Source: a virus
Lineage: Duplodnaviria > Caudoviricetes
Strand: one strand, 5' to 3'
Length of the DNA stretch: 64,000 nucleotides
Virus record (IMG/VR): IMGVR_UViG_3300021399_000100
Numbering within the stretch: the first letter of the stretch is position 1; each line of letters opens with the position of its first letter. The notes beneath the pieces were generated by a model. That model searched no databases, was not told where the DNA came from, and saw only the letters and a list, made by a program, of their open reading frames with translations. Of this stretch, positions 49,518-59,281 are shown piece by piece. Position numbers and translations under genes: made by a program.

Positions 49518-51269
49518 TTAAAGCTTCTCTAGCAAGTTTCCGAAACGGCCTTTCAACTCAGGGAACGTCTTGATCAATACAGTAACGATAGCTCTGATCT
49601 GCTTTGTGATAGGCTTCGATTTCCATTCAGCGATTTTGGCAGACATAATACTGTTTGTTATATCTTCACCAAGATCCTTGAACATAGTAGATAACTCTCT
49701 TGCAGCCGATTTCATTTCTACAGGGTCCGTAATCTTTTCCATCTTATCAACTAAGTTAAGTAAAGCAGTAGCTTCTTCACTATCATTACCATTCTTATTA
49801 TTTTTATTATCTTTGTTTTTGTTTTTCAGTGCAGCTTTCCATTCAGGTATGGAATCTACTACAACGTTTCCAAATTCTTTACCGATGATGCCGTATATAA
49901 CATTCTTCAAGTCAGCTATTGGGAACAATACCCAGTCCTCAAGTCCATTAGCATCAGCGGCGTCCCACAAATATACACTCAAATTAGTCCATGAACGAGG
50001 TGTAGCACCTGCTATCTCACCAACTTGTGGTTCATTAGACTCAATATTAGAGAATAGTTTAGGGTTCTTTCTGATCAGATCGGTGATACGAGGATCTACA
50101 TGAGCACTGCGCTCTTTGATATCATGCGAGTTAGAAAAATCAAATGATTCCTTATTTGCACCACCATTAGCCCATGCCAGCCACTCTTGCAGGTCTGGAT
50201 TTACATTATATACACCAGAGAATCTATTGAACAATGCCGAAGGAGCGTTCTTCAATGCCATAGCAACTGCACGGTCATCATTAGGTCTATTAGATATGCA
50301 TACTATGCTCCATCTTGAGCCCAATACCCAGTCTCCTAGCTTACGGTCATTGATAAGGTTCATCAACTGACCAAATACACCTGGGTCCTGAACACGCATC
50401 AACTCGTCAAATACTATAATACCTCCGTCAGTAGTGATACCATTGACACTTACATGTCCATTAGCGATAGCGTCTTTCTTAGCATCCAGTTCTGGATCAC
50501 CTGTAGGTTTATAACATGGCAACCATTGCTTAACCATATCGGTAACAACCTCACGAGCTATGTCAATCTGTTTATCATCAGGAATACCTACTGCTTTAGC
50601 TATGTCTGAAGCTGTATTGTCTCTCGTAGGCATCACAAGAGATAGTGAATCCAAACCCAAATTAGCACAGTCTATAGAAATGATACCTTTCTTGCTAGTT
50701 TGACATGTCTCATTGTATGCAGAAATCACCGCGCGGACTATAGATGTTTTACCTACACCAGGCGCACCGAAAAACAATACAGGTGCTGAATGCTTTCTCT
50801 TAGTATTAGATACTTTGATCAGATTCGACAATACAAATCTCTTAACAAATGCAGTATCAACGTCACCGATAGTATTGTTTGCAGGCGAACCATCTTGGCG
50901 AGTTTTCCACTGATATCCGCCCAAGGCAGATATTTCACCGAAACCATCAACAGCAGCTTCATTGACATCGTCAGGATCCGCGGTCATCGCAGCAACAAAG
51001 GCTTTGATATTTCTCTTCTCTACTGCAGACGTCTCTTCCTTGCCATAATAAGGAGTTGCTTTTTTGACCTGTGGAAGTTCTTCGCCTTGAGTAGCTACAC
51101 GGATACCGTTTTTGTTATATCCATCAATAGACTCAGGTGAAATAGCTAGCAGCAGAGCTTTCTTTACCTTATCAAAAAAGTAAATGACTGACCCCTTTAC
51201 TTTTGTATATATGTCGCCTAGAAGACCTTCGTAAATCTTCTCTTCTTTATATTCGTTGAATCGTTTCAT
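49518..51269 (-). CDS. MoxR-like AAA+ ATPase
   Basis: 'GAPGVGKT', 'IIVFDE', 'ISNRP.D', 'ALFNRF', 'ATPRSW'; N-term MKRFNEY...IYE|G. Confidence 0.85.
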   Translation of the reverse strand: MKRFNEYKEEKIYEGLLGDIYTKVKGSVIYFFDKVKKALLLAISPESIDGYNKNGIRVATQGEELPQVKKATPYYGKEETSAVEKRNIKAFVAAMTADPDDVNEAAVDGFGEISALGGYQWKTRQDGSPANNTIGDVDTAFVKRFVLSNLIKVSNTKRKHSAPVLFFGAPGVGKTSIVRAVISAYNETCQTSKKGIISIDCANLGLDSLSLVMPTRDNTASDIAKAVGIPDDKQIDIAREVVTDMVKQWLPCYKPTGDPELDAKKDAIANGHVSVNGITTDGGIIVFDELMRVQDPGVFGQLMNLINDRKLGDWVLGSRWSIVCISNRPNDDRAVAMALKNAPSALFNRFSGVYNVNPDLQEWLAWANGGANKESFDFSNSHDIKERSAHVDPRITDLIRKNPKLFSNIESNEPQVGEIAGATPRSWTNLSVYLWDAADANGLEDWVLFPIADLKNVIYGIIGKEFGNVVVDSIPEWKAALKNKNKDNKNNKNGNDSEEATALLNLVDKMEKITDPVEMKSAARELSTMFKDLGEDITNSIMSAKIAEWKSKPITKQIRAIVTVLIKTFPELKGRFGNLLEKL

Positions 51270-51304
51270 ATTTTATATAATATCTATATATGTTAGTAAA
51301 CTAA

Positions 51305-52228
51305 TTAATGCTCATTGGCTTTTCTAATAGCTTCGATAGCCGATGAAGAGAATGAAGTGATTTCTGATGCTCTGGTGCTATCTACTCCAGCGATCTGAAG
51401 GATCTTACGTCCAGCTGCTTTATTTATTTCAAGGTTGTCGAACGGACACTCTTTGAAGATATCGATACTTGGACGAAGATGAGGCCATGGCCATGCCAAA
51501 ATAGAATCGTTGTTGAATGTTGATTTATAGAACATTCCATCAACGGTGATAAACGTGTTATCAGATAGTGACATGTGAGAGAACACTTCGCTCAAGTCTG
51601 TATTCGGTATGTCCATGAAAGCAAACGCTGCTGTAAGATCTTTAACTCCTATGAACTTGATGAATGTCAACAAGTTATAAGTATCACGGTGTGTACCGGT
51701 TTCGATTGCTTTCTTGTAAAGGGCGTCAATTGTATCAAGATAGTCCACTCTTGTCAATTCAAAGAAATGACCAACTGAACGAATCAATGCACTAGCGCCT
51801 GAACTATGCTCTCCACGTTTAGATGCTTCAACTTCTGCACGTATGGCATCAGGGTCAAGCGTGGATGTTTCAAAATCATCTGCTTCCAGGCCATCGTCGT
51901 CTGCAGATGATTCATCGTCACCGCCGTCGAACTCATCGTCGTCAAAATCATCATTGCCGTCATTGCCGTCATTGCCATCTGTTTCATCATCATCATCCAG
52001 TCCGAGATCAAAGTCGTCGCCTAGATCGAAATCATCGTCATCATCAGCGGCCTCTAAGATACGGTTTCTAGTTGCTTCTGCTATAGCCTTTTCGACATGC
52101 TCATGAACTTCTTTATCGCCCATAGCTTCGCCTCTCACATTATGAATAACTTTGGCTATGTTTGGGTCATTCTGCAGAACGTCGGCTCTTGCAGAAATAA
52201 TAATTGATTTATCTACTGTGTTTGCCAT
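51305..52228 (-). CDS. Hypothetical protein with very acidic segment
   Basis: Asp-rich tract following 'RILE|A'. Confidence 0.7.
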   Translation of the reverse strand: MANTVDKSIIISARADVLQNDPNIAKVIHNVRGEAMGDKEVHEHVEKAIAEATRNRILEAADDDDDFDLGDDFDLGLDDDDETDGNDGNDGNDDFDDDEFDGGDDESSADDDGLEADDFETSTLDPDAIRAEVEASKRGEHSSGASALIRSVGHFFELTRVDYLDTIDALYKKAIETGTHRDTYNLLTFIKFIGVKDLTAAFAFMDIPNTDLSEVFSHMSLSDNTFITVDGMFYKSTFNNDSILAWPWPHLRPSIDIFKECPFDNLEINKAAGRKILQIAGVDSTRASEITSFSSSAIEAIRKANEH

Positions 52229-52232
52229 AATC

Positions 52233-53957
52233 TTATTTAAAACTGCTCTTTGGTAACATCATATTTCTTAATTGTTTTTTCCAGATTCTATCAATATCTG
52301 CTGGCATGTCTCCCGCACTAGGAGCAAGTAATTGGCCCAGCTTGACAATAGTTCTCCACTGGAAGACATATCTGTCAGGATAATCCGCCATGATAGAGTC
52401 TACTTCTGCTATAACATCCTTAGCGAATGCCGAATTCAAAATTCGCATATCGTCATTTAATTTAGGGTTAGCGAGGTCGTCATTGATCTTATCTTTGATG
52501 AGCTGCCATAAGATATGTGGAGGAGGTGCAAGTGTGACTAGTTTGAATCTGTCTCGGACAGCATACCAGTCATCAGCAGAACCTAATTTCTTGACTTGCT
52601 CTTCTATTATTCCAAGAGACATATTTGATATGATAATCACGCATCCATCAAAAGAGAACGTGTTAGGAATTCCTGAAGGAACTTTTTTCAAATGTGAAGT
52701 GCTTTTTCTAACAGTTATGTCGTCATCAGCAGCAGACCTAGGTGTCCATCCAGCTTCTTTATAGAATCTGTCTTTTCTATTTTTGATGACTGATGGATCA
52801 TAATACAGGTTACTAATCTTAGAAGCATCTACTGATGGAGCTCCTAGAGGTTTCGGAGTAGTTTCTGCAGCAACTTTCCAGAATGCTATACGATTATTTC
52901 CTGCGAACAAATTTGGAGCATCATCCAATATGATAATCTTTCCGTTGTTAGTGTATAACATATTGTAAAGAGCTTGTGCTGTATTTGCAGCAAGATTAGT
53001 GATGTAATAATCTACACCTTTTTTCAAACCGTGGTCTTTCAGTGCCTTTTCTACAGTGAAGGTCTTAGAAGAACCTGATGAACCAGTAACCAAACAACAT
53101 CTTGTCAAGAACAATCTGTTCTTCTTATGATTGATGACAACATCAACGGCGGCCTCCACATAACTAGACAAGTCATCTAGCTCTTCTTTATACGCTGCTT
53201 CAAGTTCTTCATCAGACATATTATTCATTGAATCATCTTCGTCATCTAATGGATCAAGTGTGATCTTTTTATTAGAGCTCAAGATAGGGAAATTGTCTGT
53301 GTCGTTATCTTCATTAGCTTGTGCTATATTCTTACCTACATTGGATTGAGTTGCCATATATGTAGATACTTTTTTATAGACGAGAATTATATGATTCCAT
53401 GCAGACTTAGAAATCTTGCCCATAGGAGATGTAGGATCTGCCGATGCTATTCTGAAACATGCGTCGGGGTCACCATCATTAGAAACAATGAACTCACTTA
53501 TAACATCCAAACCGACACTCACCATGAGTTCCCACGCGCGTTTATAGTTAGCATTGTTACTGACACCCATTTTTCGTGGGTCGAGGTTAGGTAATCTAGG
53601 AACTTCTTCCTCACTTTCGAACATGCGGTCAACTAAATCGTCTTCGAAATAACCTACGCGTCTTAGAGTATATTCAGAAGCCGCTCTAGATATAAGTGAT
53701 AAAAGTTCCTTGCTTGTAGCACCGCTCACTGTAAGAGAATATTTCAAATCAGGTTCAAATTCTTTATTATCTGCACCGATCAATACCTCGTTATTCATAT
53801 AGTCATAATACACTGCACAAGTGTTCTTCTTGTGGTGCATAACCACGAATTTCTGATTACCAGCAGTTCGCACTGCTACTTCAGGTTTGAAGCCTATAGC
53901 AGTGAATGCTTTCACGGTTGACAGAACATTCTGGGGTAATTTCGAAATAAAATCCAT
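52233..53957 (-). CDS. P-loop/AAA-like ATPase
   Basis: Walker A-like 'GSSGSSKT', Walker B 'IILDDA', 'FDG.VIIISN', 'AVRDR'. Confidence 0.75.
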   Translation of the reverse strand: MDFISKLPQNVLSTVKAFTAIGFKPEVAVRTAGNQKFVVMHHKKNTCAVYYDYMNNEVLIGADNKEFEPDLKYSLTVSGATSKELLSLISRAASEYTLRRVGYFEDDLVDRMFESEEEVPRLPNLDPRKMGVSNNANYKRAWELMVSVGLDVISEFIVSNDGDPDACFRIASADPTSPMGKISKSAWNHIILVYKKVSTYMATQSNVGKNIAQANEDNDTDNFPILSSNKKITLDPLDDEDDSMNNMSDEELEAAYKEELDDLSSYVEAAVDVVINHKKNRLFLTRCCLVTGSSGSSKTFTVEKALKDHGLKKGVDYYITNLAANTAQALYNMLYTNNGKIIILDDAPNLFAGNNRIAFWKVAAETTPKPLGAPSVDASKISNLYYDPSVIKNRKDRFYKEAGWTPRSAADDDITVRKSTSHLKKVPSGIPNTFSFDGCVIIISNMSLGIIEEQVKKLGSADDWYAVRDRFKLVTLAPPPHILWQLIKDKINDDLANPKLNDDMRILNSAFAKDVIAEVDSIMADYPDRYVFQWRTIVKLGQLLAPSAGDMPADIDRIWKKQLRNMMLPKSSFK

Positions 53958-53996
53958 TATTGATTAATAATAAAATATAATAATTTACATTCGTTG

Positions 53997-54956
53997 TTAG
54001 ATCTCTTCCCATTTATATCGAAGATTAACATTTGACATTAAATTATATCTAATGACATGACCGTATTCGTCTCTTACTACTGATGACAATATATCTTGCC
54101 CGCTAAGATCACTAGGAATATAATCTGACATCATATCTTCTAATATAGGGTCTAATATAGGCACGTCTATATGGCTATACCAATCTTCTGCGTTTATTTT
54201 TGTTATAATTGCATTAGGGTCGTTCCCTGATGCATTTGCTACCCAATTATGATTATCATCATAATATCCATACGCAAATAAAGCAAGTTCTCTATTAGGC
54301 GCAGTGCCTATGATTTCCATATGCTTCACCTGATGCTTTAAGAATGCAGGTTGATTCTCATCAAAATCTAATCTGACATAACGTGCATCTTCACACATAT
54401 AGACACCTGCGTCATAGTCATGCACGTCCCCGCTAGCAGTAATTACTACATTAACAGAATCTGTCATAGACCAGAAGATCTGTCCTACATTGCTTCTGAC
54501 AATATCTGGAAGTATATCTACCTGATTAACTCTAAAGTCCATAGTTCTTTCGTTTCCACTGTTCTTATATCTCCATCTGATAAATGTACTGTCCTCTACA
54601 TTGACGTTTATGTCTTTAAGATTCATTACAATCCATCCCGGTGTCGAATTATCAGGACTGCTCTTCATATCACCTTCGTCATCTGTCACATTATACATTC
54701 GTACAACAGTGCTCCCGTTTATATCATCAGTCAGAGCATAAAACAACGTATTATTATATATGACTAGAAAATCACCCCATTGTTGTTCTATAGCTTTCGT
54801 TAGGGGATGCTCTTCTATATCTATGACAGTATACACTCCACCTTGAAAGTCTATGGTGGCTATTTCGCCAGACACACTTATACAATGAAACGGCTTATTA
54901 TGAACGAATAAGCGATTCATGTTTTTAGGTTGTGACATGCTCTCTAAGTAGCCCAT
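53997..54956 (-). CDS. Hypothetical late protein
   Basis: 319-aa ORF; GTAAATA at 54979-54985. Confidence 0.7.
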   Translation of the reverse strand: MGYLESMSQPKNMNRLFVHNKPFHCISVSGEIATIDFQGGVYTVIDIEEHPLTKAIEQQWGDFLVIYNNTLFYALTDDINGSTVVRMYNVTDDEGDMKSSPDNSTPGWIVMNLKDINVNVEDSTFIRWRYKNSGNERTMDFRVNQVDILPDIVRSNVGQIFWSMTDSVNVVITASGDVHDYDAGVYMCEDARYVRLDFDENQPAFLKHQVKHMEIIGTAPNRELALFAYGYYDDNHNWVANASGNDPNAIITKINAEDWYSHIDVPILDPILEDMMSDYIPSDLSGQDILSSVVRDEYGHVIRYNLMSNVNLRYKWEEI

Positions 54957-54991
54957 GATTAAGTGTTCTGAATATATTTATTTACATGATG

Positions 54992-55342
54992 TTACAAATC
55001 CGTTATGATTATGTATTGATTGATGAGCTTCTTTTTGACGAGATTATCTATATCTGAATTCGTTGGGTTGATATGCATATGACCTTCGCTGAACATGACA
55101 GGGAGCTCTATCGTTGATGACCAATAGAAAGCATCTGAATCAAACATCCAGTACATACCTTCAGAGTCTCTTCCAATAACGAGCAGTTTATCTATTTCGG
55201 GAAGGTCTTTTGTTTCGCAGTGTCCTTCTACACATTCATTCAATCGAAGTTCGTCTAGATGGGACTTTACAAGATCGAACGCTTTAGTATAGCTATCATA
55301 TATTGATGATATTCCTGATGTAGTGTTTTTCTTTTTAGCCAT
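54992..55342 (-). CDS. Hypothetical protein
   Basis: 116-aa ORF. Confidence 0.6.
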   Translation of the reverse strand: MAKKKNTTSGISSIYDSYTKAFDLVKSHLDELRLNECVEGHCETKDLPEIDKLLVIGRDSEGMYWMFDSDAFYWSSTIELPVMFSEGHMHINPTNSDIDNLVKKKLINQYIIITDL

Positions 55343-55459
55343 AGATTAAACGTTTGAGTATATTACTACTGAATTTACCATATAGACATATATTAATTAC
55401 AAAAGCCCTTTGTATGATTATATGCAAAGGACTTTCTGGCGTGTATTCTCGTTTACTTT

Positions 55460-57151
55460 TTATTTCTTCAGGAGACTAGAATATCCATAATTAGAATCTG
55501 ATTTATAAACTGATGACCACGAACCTTTATTAGTTTTAATATCGAACGTAAATGCAGCAGATTTAGAGTTCTCGAACTCAGAAGAAAAAGCTCTCATCCT
55601 TTCCCTGCCCTGCCGTGTCATGTAGCAGTCAGGATATAGATAATCTACTATGTCAACGATAATTGCATTACGTCCTTCTTTAGTTTCATGTTTTCGCATG
55701 AGACGGCCCACGACCTGAGCTGTTGTAATAGAACTAGACCATCCTTCTATAAGAATAGCATATCTGAGGTTCTTCACACTGAATCCTGTACCTATGCATT
55801 TCTGACTACCTATCAACATGCATTTAGGATTAGTATCCATATATTGCCTTATTCTTTCACGTTCGGATTTACTAGTAGAGCCGTCTATATAAAAACATTC
55901 ATAATCAGGAAATTCCGCACTGATATGATTATAGAATGTATGGCCCATCTCTATATGCTCAAATACAAACAACATGTTATCATCATCTGCGTGGGTCTTT
56001 CCCGACCGGATGCTTCTAACAATATCTGTTATAATATTAAGACGGATTTGTGATTTCTGCAAATATGCCTGTTCTATACGCAGCATGTCTGTATATTTCT
56101 TAGCCTTTTTCAGTGTAGTACATGCTTCAGCCATCAATTCCATTTGCTTCTGCGTAGTTGTATTGATAAATACTTGGAGCACATCAACATTGACACATTT
56201 TCCTGATGAAATCATATCATCAACCGTCGTTGAATACACTGGAATGCCCCATTTCCATCTGAGCTTGACACCATCTGAAAATTTAGTATTAGGTACAGTC
56301 GCAGTCATACCTATTCTATAAGGGCATGATATAAATAAATCTAGAATTGTATCACTTTCGTTGTTATTAGACATGTGAACTTCATCAAAGATCAACGTTC
56401 TGAAGAAGCTTGCGTATGTTTTATCAACAGCAGCCCAACTCTTACGAGTACCAATAACAGCTATATTGGTAGACATCTTATGCTTCCAGGTAGGCTTGTC
56501 TTTCGTATAGTCCTTTGATAACATATATATGTCTGGTAATCTAAACTCAGGTATACCATCGAACGCATTCATTATCATAGTGTTAAATTCATTCCAGTCA
56601 GTGCATACCTGTTCAAGCAAAGTCTTTGTAGGGACTATATATGCTAAATTACCACAATCTGGCATGAACTTCAATATACATAGATACGTGATGTATGCGG
56701 TCAATGTCTTACCTCCTGACGTAGGTATCTCTCCTATACCGCGCATCTTCTGTACGAATGCTGAAGCACATTCAATCTGTGTGTCATATGGCTTGAAAGG
56801 CTTGCCGTCTTTCTCTGTCTTACTGAATACATATTCTATGAATGACTTGATTTCGTCATAAGACACTGAATTATTATAATAAGGATAATCCTCTAATTTA
56901 GTATCGATCTCATCTACATCAGATATCAGGTTATATAGATAATAGAACGATGACATAGGAGCTATGACAGCATTCTTTATAAGAGTATCTTCATCACCCC
57001 ACATACGGCGCATATGCAACGGCATGGCATAGAACCCCTTTCGTTTTTTATTAACCTCATCTTTCAGATGATCCATCGTACTCTTGAGAACAGTAGTCCT
57101 GTCTAGCTCAAGAATATCTCTATCTGTATCAAATTTGAATCGTACTCCCAT
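55460..57151 (-). CDS. uvsW: SF2 DNA helicase UvsW
   Basis: 'PYDTQ', 'PTSGGKT', 'IVPT..L..Q', 'FDEVH', 'GMTAT', 'GTG.SVKNL', 'QVVGR.MRKH'. Confidence 0.9.
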   Translation of the reverse strand: MGVRFKFDTDRDILELDRTTVLKSTMDHLKDEVNKKRKGFYAMPLHMRRMWGDEDTLIKNAVIAPMSSFYYLYNLISDVDEIDTKLEDYPYYNNSVSYDEIKSFIEYVFSKTEKDGKPFKPYDTQIECASAFVQKMRGIGEIPTSGGKTLTAYITYLCILKFMPDCGNLAYIVPTKTLLEQVCTDWNEFNTMIMNAFDGIPEFRLPDIYMLSKDYTKDKPTWKHKMSTNIAVIGTRKSWAAVDKTYASFFRTLIFDEVHMSNNNESDTILDLFISCPYRIGMTATVPNTKFSDGVKLRWKWGIPVYSTTVDDMISSGKCVNVDVLQVFINTTTQKQMELMAEACTTLKKAKKYTDMLRIEQAYLQKSQIRLNIITDIVRSIRSGKTHADDDNMLFVFEHIEMGHTFYNHISAEFPDYECFYIDGSTSKSERERIRQYMDTNPKCMLIGSQKCIGTGFSVKNLRYAILIEGWSSSITTAQVVGRLMRKHETKEGRNAIIVDIVDYLYPDCYMTRQGRERMRAFSSEFENSKSAAFTFDIKTNKGSWSSVYKSDSNYGYSSLLKK

Positions 57152-57172
57152 AACTGTTTGATTTATAATGTT

Positions 57173-57415
57173 TTATTCTAACATCTTTTTCATTTTTTCT
57201 AATTCTGGATCTATCTCATCGTCGTTTTTGACAGATCTGCTAAGTATATCGAGAGCATCGTCTATATCGTCAGATGCTTGATGTTCTTCAAACGGGGATA
57301 CTGCAGATACTAGTTCAAACATTTCATCAACATCTAGAACGTTTTTCTTCTGCAGTTCTTCATCTTGCTCTACGAAAATACTAGTATTCTTTTTCTTCTG
57401 CTTCTCGTATGACAT
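57173..57415 (-). CDS. Small acidic hypothetical protein
   Basis: 80-aa ORF in operon. Confidence 0.5.
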   Translation of the reverse strand: MSYEKQKKKNTSIFVEQDEELQKKNVLDVDEMFELVSAVSPFEEHQASDDIDDALDILSRSVKNDDEIDPELEKMKKMLE

Positions 57416-58418
57416 CGTTTACAATATTATTAAACACATTAAGAACTTCTTCATTATCCTCAAATTCTTTACGAATCACAGATAATATACTGTTAGTGTC
57501 TCCTGTATGGAGATTTTCACATAAGTCAACAGACTGGTCTATATCTGCATTCTGTAATTCACTCTTAAATAATGCAAATTCAGAGGTCAATGCATTGTCA
57601 AGAATATAATCTACTTTAGAAGATATTGACGGGTCTACTAAAATCTTTACACAGTATTCTGTTCTAGGGCTTAATTGCTCTAGAACATCCAAATCCTTTA
57701 ACGAATTGATATTGAATACTTTATATTTTAAATAGTAGGGACTATCTATAAATGAATGATTACCCTGTTCATCTATCAGCAATGCGCCGAATGTATCCAC
57801 ATCGGTATCTGCAAATGAAAATGACGACGGTGCTCCTATACTGATAACTTTTCTTGAGAACGCTCTTATATGAATGTGGCCTGCAACTGTCAACTTAAAC
57901 TTATCAAACAGTGCATAAGGAACTATACCATCTGATAATGGCGGAGCTATACCTTTAACAGCCTGATGACAGAAGCAATAGGTTTCACTATCTGCTTCTG
58001 CTATAAAATCTTCCCTGTTTTTCAATATAGGATCGTCAAACGGAACGAACACTCCATCGTCATTATGCAGGAATTCTTTGACTATAGTAACTTTATCATC
58101 AGTGAAGATGTCTAATATATTAGGCGTTCCTGGTAGTGATGTGTACATATCGTGATTGCCTGTCACTAGATAAATTCTGTCAAAAACATCATGCATGCTG
58201 TCTATAAATGTTTTTGCAACTAGCAGATCTGCTGGATTTAATCGCAAGCGGGCATCAAACAAGTCGCCACAAACTACCCCTATATAATCAACTCCGTCTT
58301 TCTTATAGCGACGAGCTTCTTCGATAAGGTATTTTAAAGACAAGCAATGAAGCTTCCCGCTATCTGGAAGCTTCTTACCTATATGGACATCACTGAAGAT
58401 GAAATACTGTTTCTTCAT
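57381..58418 (-). CDS. gp47: Recombination nuclease subunit (T4 gp47 / SbcD-Mre11)
   Basis: 'SDVHIG', 'GDLFD', 'GNHD', 'CHQ', 'AGHIH', 'GAP..F.F.D'. Confidence 0.88.
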   Translation of the reverse strand: MKKQYFIFSDVHIGKKLPDSGKLHCLSLKYLIEEARRYKKDGVDYIGVVCGDLFDARLRLNPADLLVAKTFIDSMHDVFDRIYLVTGNHDMYTSLPGTPNILDIFTDDKVTIVKEFLHNDDGVFVPFDDPILKNREDFIAEADSETYCFCHQAVKGIAPPLSDGIVPYALFDKFKLTVAGHIHIRAFSRKVISIGAPSSFSFADTDVDTFGALLIDEQGNHSFIDSPYYLKYKVFNINSLKDLDVLEQLSPRTEYCVKILVDPSISSKVDYILDNALTSEFALFKSELQNADIDQSVDLCENLHTGDTNSILSVIRKEFEDNEEVLNVFNNIVNDVIREAEEKEY

Positions 58419-58425
58419 ATTATAA

Positions 58426-59280
58426 CTATAACACAACTATGTTTTCAATGTCTACTGGTACTATCATTAGCTCACTCAATTCTGTGTTAGGGACGTGAAT
58501 GATGTTGGCTCGTGTAGCGTATATGTCGTGCTTGGCTAGTATATGTTTATATTGTGCTAACTGAATGGTGTACTCTGATATAGGTTCATCGTACATGCCA
58601 GCATATTCCCTCAACAAATGTATCTTGTTGGCACGTGAATATGGCTTATTTAATGTCTTTGAAGTCTTATAGTCCCATATAGACACAGTCAAATCGCTTT
58701 CTAGCATCAGTAAGTCTACTGTACCGCAGACTCCTCTGTCAGGGTCATCTACTATACATTCTGCAGATATTGGCCATCTGATTCCATCAGCAATAACACT
58801 CTCCCAAAATTCAATAATATGTTCCTGCCCAATCATGCATGGTAGGAAAGTGTCTTTTTTCAATTGAAATGGGAACGCTAGTTTGAATGCTTCTATATCT
58901 TCATCAATAGGCTTGCCTAACATCAGATTGATCATAATGTTACATATGAACTCTCCGAACAGATGGCAAGTGCTACCTGTAGCTGCGGCGCAGTCAGCAT
59001 TATATTCCCACATAGCTTTAACTGCGGAACCTGACATACCGTGCTTCTTTCCCCATCCAGCAGCGATACCATCCCAGTTTTGTTCAGGTCTATATGTTTT
59101 GACTAGAGTAGTTACTGATGTCCATCCGATATCAGGATCCTTAGTCGAAGAGTATGTATGTGTATCTTCGTCTAGCGTCATATAGCTGAAATCCATCTTT
59201 GCAAGATACATTGCAACCATGGCTTTGATATTTGATGGAACACTATTAGCCCAATTCTGTAATTTGTTAATTGTTAACAT
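58426..59280 (-). CDS. PD-(D/E)XK exonuclease (Cas4/RecB-like)
   Basis: 'SVTT', 'G...H', 'GTVDLL...IWDYKT', 'Y..QL..Y'. Confidence 0.8.
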   Translation of the reverse strand: MLTINKLQNWANSVPSNIKAMVAMYLAKMDFSYMTLDEDTHTYSSTKDPDIGWTSVTTLVKTYRPEQNWDGIAAGWGKKHGMSGSAVKAMWEYNADCAAATGSTCHLFGEFICNIMINLMLGKPIDEDIEAFKLAFPFQLKKDTFLPCMIGQEHIIEFWESVIADGIRWPISAECIVDDPDRGVCGTVDLLMLESDLTVSIWDYKTSKTLNKPYSRANKIHLLREYAGMYDEPISEYTIQLAQYKHILAKHDIYATRANIIHVPNTELSELMIVPVDIENIVVL

Positions 59281-59281
59281 A

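Noticed and set aside
58426-59280. Cas4 as part of a CRISPR system
   Set aside because: Stand-alone PD-(D/E)XK nuclease in a recombination operon; no other cas genes or array.
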